IMG/VR virus record: IMGVR_UViG_3300045988_030948
Location: 1 to 44,062 of that record
Source of the DNA: a virus
Direction: 5' to 3' (one strand)
Length of the DNA stretch: 44,062 bases
Shown here: positions 41,478-44,062 of the stretch, one piece after another
Layout of the letters: every line of letters starts with the position of its first letter
Numbering within the stretch: position 1 is the stretch's first letter
Made by a program: the position numbers and the translations under genes
The notes under the pieces: model-generated
Told to the model about the DNA's origin: nothing
Databases searched by the model: none
What the model saw: the letters and a program-made list of their open reading frames with translations, nothing else

Positions 41478-42315
41478 AGATAGTAATTATATAACCATTT
41501 TAGCCCCAATGATTACCCGGTTAAAGTTGAAAGGTAACGAATTGTTGGTTTTCGCTTTGATACATGGGTTTAGTCAAGACGGGGAAAGCCGTTTTAAGGG
41601 GTCGTTGCGATACCTTATTGAGTGGACGGGATTAGATAAAACAACCGTTATAAAGTTGCTCAAATCGTTGGTTGAAAAACAGTATATTAACAAATTTGAG
41701 TACGAAAAAAATAAGGTTCGTTATTGTGAGTACACGACGAATTATTGGGCGGCTTTAGAGTGGTTGGAAAATTCCACCACCCCCCCGGTTGAAAAAAACA
41801 ACCACCCCGGTTGCGAAACACAACCACCCCCCCGGTTGGAAAATCCAACCACCGTGGTTGGAAAATCCGACCCTATATTAAATACTGATATAGATAACTC
41901 TTTTGGTATTGATAAGGATAAACCCGCCAACGAGGTTGCCGGGGATTTATTCCCGGACGAACAATTGGAGGTTCAGAACGATAAAAAAAGAACGTCGATA
42001 TTTCGCAATTCCGATGTTTACAAATTGGTTAAGTTTTCGCCCGACGGCAACAACGATTATTCCGAGTTTGAAAAACTGTTTGCGACGCCGGAATTTGAAC
42101 GGGTCGATTTGGTTTATTATTTCCATACGGTCGCCGATTGGTCGGAAACTAAGCAGGGAGTAAAGAGAACCCGGACGGGTTGGATTGCCACGGTACGCAA
42201 CTTTATTCGTGGCGATGTTGAGAAAAAGAAATTGCATTTGAAACCGGAATACCAAGCCCCGCAAAAACGATTGGACGTTGGCGGCGCAATGGATTTCCTT
42301 AATGACAATTATTGA
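41467..42315 (+). CDS. replication initiator / replisome organiser (N-terminal winged HTH)
   Basis: LKGNELLVFALIHGFSQDGESRFKGSLRYLIEWTGLDKTTVIKLLKSLVEKQYI is an HTH_36/DnaD-like wHTH. The gene contains the iteron array. I chose the internal ATG of track ORF 41353..42315. Confidence 0.7.
   Translation: MTIRDSNYITILAPMITRLKLKGNELLVFALIHGFSQDGESRFKGSLRYLIEWTGLDKTTVIKLLKSLVEKQYINKFEYEKNKVRYCEYTTNYWAALEWLENSTTPPVEKNNHPGCETQPPPRLENPTTVVGKSDPILNTDIDNSFGIDKDKPANEVAGDLFPDEQLEVQNDKKRTSIFRNSDVYKLVKFSPDGNNDYSEFEKLFATPEFERVDLVYYFHTVADWSETKQGVKRTRTGWIATVRNFIRGDVEKKKLHLKPEYQAPQKRLDVGGAMDFLNDNY
41761..41925. promoter_or_regulatory. candidate origin of replication: five iterons plus an adjacent AT-rich segment
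   Basis: GGTTG(G/a/c)(A/g)AAA cores start at 41762, 41787, 41809, 41834 and 41856 (spacings 25, 22, 25, 22 nt). Each is preceded by a CCACC/CAACC(C)n arm that forms an inverted repeat. An AT-rich stretch lies at 41871-41925. Confidence 0.7.
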
Positions 42316-42316
42316 T

Positions 42317-43249
42317 ATGGAAAATTTGCCGGAAAAAGTAAATATGCAGTCCGCAGCGTTGGCGATATACAACCCAACGCCCGGTACAAAAGCAATCGAC
42401 ATACGCCGACAAATGGTGCAATTACCGGAGGTTGCCAAATCGTTATCCGGGGTCGAAAAGTACATTTTTGCCGCCTCAACGAAAACGCAAATTGCCGAGA
42501 TTGACGACGGCACGTTGGTTGCCAAAACCGGGCAAATGTTCCGGTTTATTGCTTTGGACGTCGGGTATATAATCCCGACCAATACGGACGATTGGGCGTA
42601 CATTTGTACCCGGTTGTTGGATATACTCAAAAAATACTATTCGCAAATGACGTTGGCGGATATTAAGTTGGCATTTGAGTTGGCGACGACCGGGGAATTG
42701 GACGACTATTTGCCAAAAGACAGTCAAGGCAACCCGGATAAAAAGCATTACCAACAATTCAACGCCGATTATTTCGCAAAGATATTGAACGCATACAGGC
42801 GAAAGCAAAACGGGGTTATCAATAAAGCGTATAAGGCTTTGCCGGAACCGAAAAGGGAGTTGACCCCGGAGCAAAAAAGGTATTACCATAACGAAACGGT
42901 CGCCCGATATAGGGACGTATTTTTGCGGTACAAATATACCGGGCGTTTTGAATTGGGTATTGCTGACGGAATGTTTATATATGATTGGTTGCGGAAACAT
43001 GGGTTAGCCAACGAGATTGCCGGAACCGAGGACGACCGCAAACAGGCATACGCCCGGTATATGCAACGTGTCGCCCGTGGGTTCGTAAACAAATACGAAG
43101 CGTTCCACGTCCAAAAGAAAGGAACCGACGCACCGGAATTGGATTTTACGGCGTATGAGATAGCGAGGGACAAAGAGATAAAACGCACATTTGACCGTAT
43201 GATTGCGGACGAATTGCAGATTGAAAACTATTTAGATTTTTGGAAATGA
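42317..43249 (+). CDS. hypothetical protein downstream of the initiator (helicase-loader position)
   Basis: 311 aa. I chose the ATG 2 nt after the initiator stop. No Walker motif seen. The function guess rests on position only. Confidence 0.5.
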   Translation: MENLPEKVNMQSAALAIYNPTPGTKAIDIRRQMVQLPEVAKSLSGVEKYIFAASTKTQIAEIDDGTLVAKTGQMFRFIALDVGYIIPTNTDDWAYICTRLLDILKKYYSQMTLADIKLAFELATTGELDDYLPKDSQGNPDKKHYQQFNADYFAKILNAYRRKQNGVINKAYKALPEPKRELTPEQKRYYHNETVARYRDVFLRYKYTGRFELGIADGMFIYDWLRKHGLANEIAGTEDDRKQAYARYMQRVARGFVNKYEAFHVQKKGTDAPELDFTAYEIARDKEIKRTFDRMIADELQIENYLDFWK

Positions 43250-43782
43250 ACAAAATAACGATTGATTGTATTATTGGCATTGACCCCGGAAAAACCGGGG
43301 GAATTGCCGTTTGGCGTCCGAACCACAAAACCGAGGTTATCAAAATGCCGGGCGACCTTATGGAGTTGAAACAATGGTTTGAGTACATGAAAAGTATTTG
43401 CCGCCCTTTGGTTTTCGTCGAAAAGGTACAATTGCGCCCCGACGATGTAAACGATAATCCCGGCAAAGCGTTTCGGGTGCAAAAACTGTTATCCGAGTTT
43501 GAAAAACTGAAAACAATAATTGCCATGTGCGACGTACCGTTTGTTTTAGTACACCCCCAAAAATGGCAAAATGAATTGAAATTGCGGGTTAAAGGAGAGG
43601 AAAAACCGGAACGCAAAAAGCGATACCAAAGAGCCGCCGCCAATTATTACCCCGATATTAAGGCGACATTGTGGAATGCCGATGCGCTTATGATTTTGCA
43701 CTTTGGACGATATATTTTGCACAACAACCCCCGTTGGGTTTTGGAAAATTTGCCCGCACCAATGCACAACAGTTTGTTTTAA
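43240..43782 (+). CDS. ruvC: RuvC-like Holliday junction resolvase
   Basis: IIGIDPGKTGGIAVW (first catalytic Asp), VFVEKV (Glu) and NADALMILHFG (terminal Asp) are in the order of phage-type RuvC. Confidence 0.8.
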   Translation: MEMNKITIDCIIGIDPGKTGGIAVWRPNHKTEVIKMPGDLMELKQWFEYMKSICRPLVFVEKVQLRPDDVNDNPGKAFRVQKLLSEFEKLKTIIAMCDVPFVLVHPQKWQNELKLRVKGEEKPERKKRYQRAAANYYPDIKATLWNADALMILHFGRYILHNNPRWVLENLPAPMHNSLF

Positions 43783-43789
43783 TTGTAAT

Positions 43790-43987
43790 ATGGAGGCATA
43801 CGATAACAGACCCGCCGCCGAGATAACCGCAAAGGAATTGGCGGAAATGGTTAAACAGATGCGGCATAACCAACGACGTTCCAAACATAACCCAACCCCG
43901 GAAAAATTGGCGACGTTGGAACGTTGGGAAAAAGAGGTTGACGCCGTTGTTGCCGTGCTGACAGATACACAAATGAAATTGTTTTGA
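43790..43987 (+). CDS. hypothetical protein (65 aa)
   Basis: I chose the internal ATG of track ORF 43703..43987, just after the RuvC stop. Its last 24 nt lie in the terminal repeat. Confidence 0.5.
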   Translation: MEAYDNRPAAEITAKELAEMVKQMRHNQRRSKHNPTPEKLATLERWEKEVDAVVAVLTDTQMKLF

Positions 43988-44062
43988 TATGGACGAAATG
44001 GATTATATCTATTTAGGCGACCGATTGACCCGCCCGGAATTGCGACGTATGCCGTGCCGGGC
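43964..44062. repeat. terminal direct repeat, copy B (identical to 1..99)
   Basis: Exact 99-nt match to the start of the window. It contains the first 75 nt of the gene annotated at 26..223. Confidence 0.95.

Noticed and set aside
41761-41870. Repeat array considered as a CRISPR array
   Set aside because: The repeats are contiguous with a 22-25-nt period and have no unique spacers. They lie inside a coding sequence and contain inverted arms. This architecture is that of origin iterons.
39951-42630. Minus-strand ORFs 39951..40631 (226 aa) and 41947..42630 (227 aa)
   Set aside because: Both are shadow ORFs opposite the exonuclease tail and opposite the initiator and downstream genes. They have low-complexity or hydrophobic translations and no independent signals.
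1-44062. Stop-codon reassignment (TAG or TGA recoding), as seen in some gut phages
   Set aside because: Under the standard code the genome is densely tiled by long, non-interrupted ORFs with sensible domain content. TAA, TGA and TAG all occur at gene ends (TAG at 508-510 and 3587-3589, for example). No late genes are interrupted in frame.

Overview
The window is a complete, circularly closed tailed-phage genome. Its unique length is about 43,963 bp, and bases 1-99 recur exactly at 43964-44062. I call about 60 protein genes, all on the + strand. I found no tRNA, rRNA, CRISPR array, integrase, DNA polymerase, helicase, primase or methyltransferase. The early and replication-recombination region starts at promoter P3 (35969), crosses the junction and ends at a terminator at 12064-12094. 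It encodes small early ORFs, an XRE-like HTH protein, a PD-(D/E)XK exonuclease, a wHTH initiator with internal iterons, RuvC, an SMC-like ATPase, a DUF2400 protein, a DnaQ-like exonuclease, a Topo VI-A/Spo11-like Toprim protein, an HNH-like protein, SSB, a radical SAM enzyme, an ASCH protein and a MazG fusion. The late block (12404-35100) encodes TerS, TerL, portal, scaffold, major capsid, an 1180-aa tape measure, tail and baseplate proteins, a tail fibre with three tandem domains plus an SGNH esterase, holin, amidase and a spanin-like protein. A free-standing HNH homing endonuclease lies at 35206-35766. I infer a Bacteroidota host from four -33 TTTG / -7 TAnnTTTG promoters, each with an exact 19-nt spacer, and from the protein families present. 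The strongest leads are: (1) by manual reading GATC, GGCC and CTAG are absent, AGCT and CCWGG are nearly absent, and CpG is about two-fold enriched; (2) three hairpins upstream of late genes share the 9-nt loop AAAGGGUUA but have different, compensating stems; (3) a duplicated promoter plus leader-hairpin cassette and a family of GC-rich intergenic hairpins mark the early region; (4) the replication module holds an unusual enzyme set with no replicase: a stand-alone Top6A/Spo11-like protein, an extended DUF2400 (HhH-GPD-like) protein, an SplB/COG1533-like radical SAM enzyme next to an ASCH protein, and a MazG fusion; (5) the origin iterons lie inside the initiator gene. All counts were made by eye and need computational confirmation.
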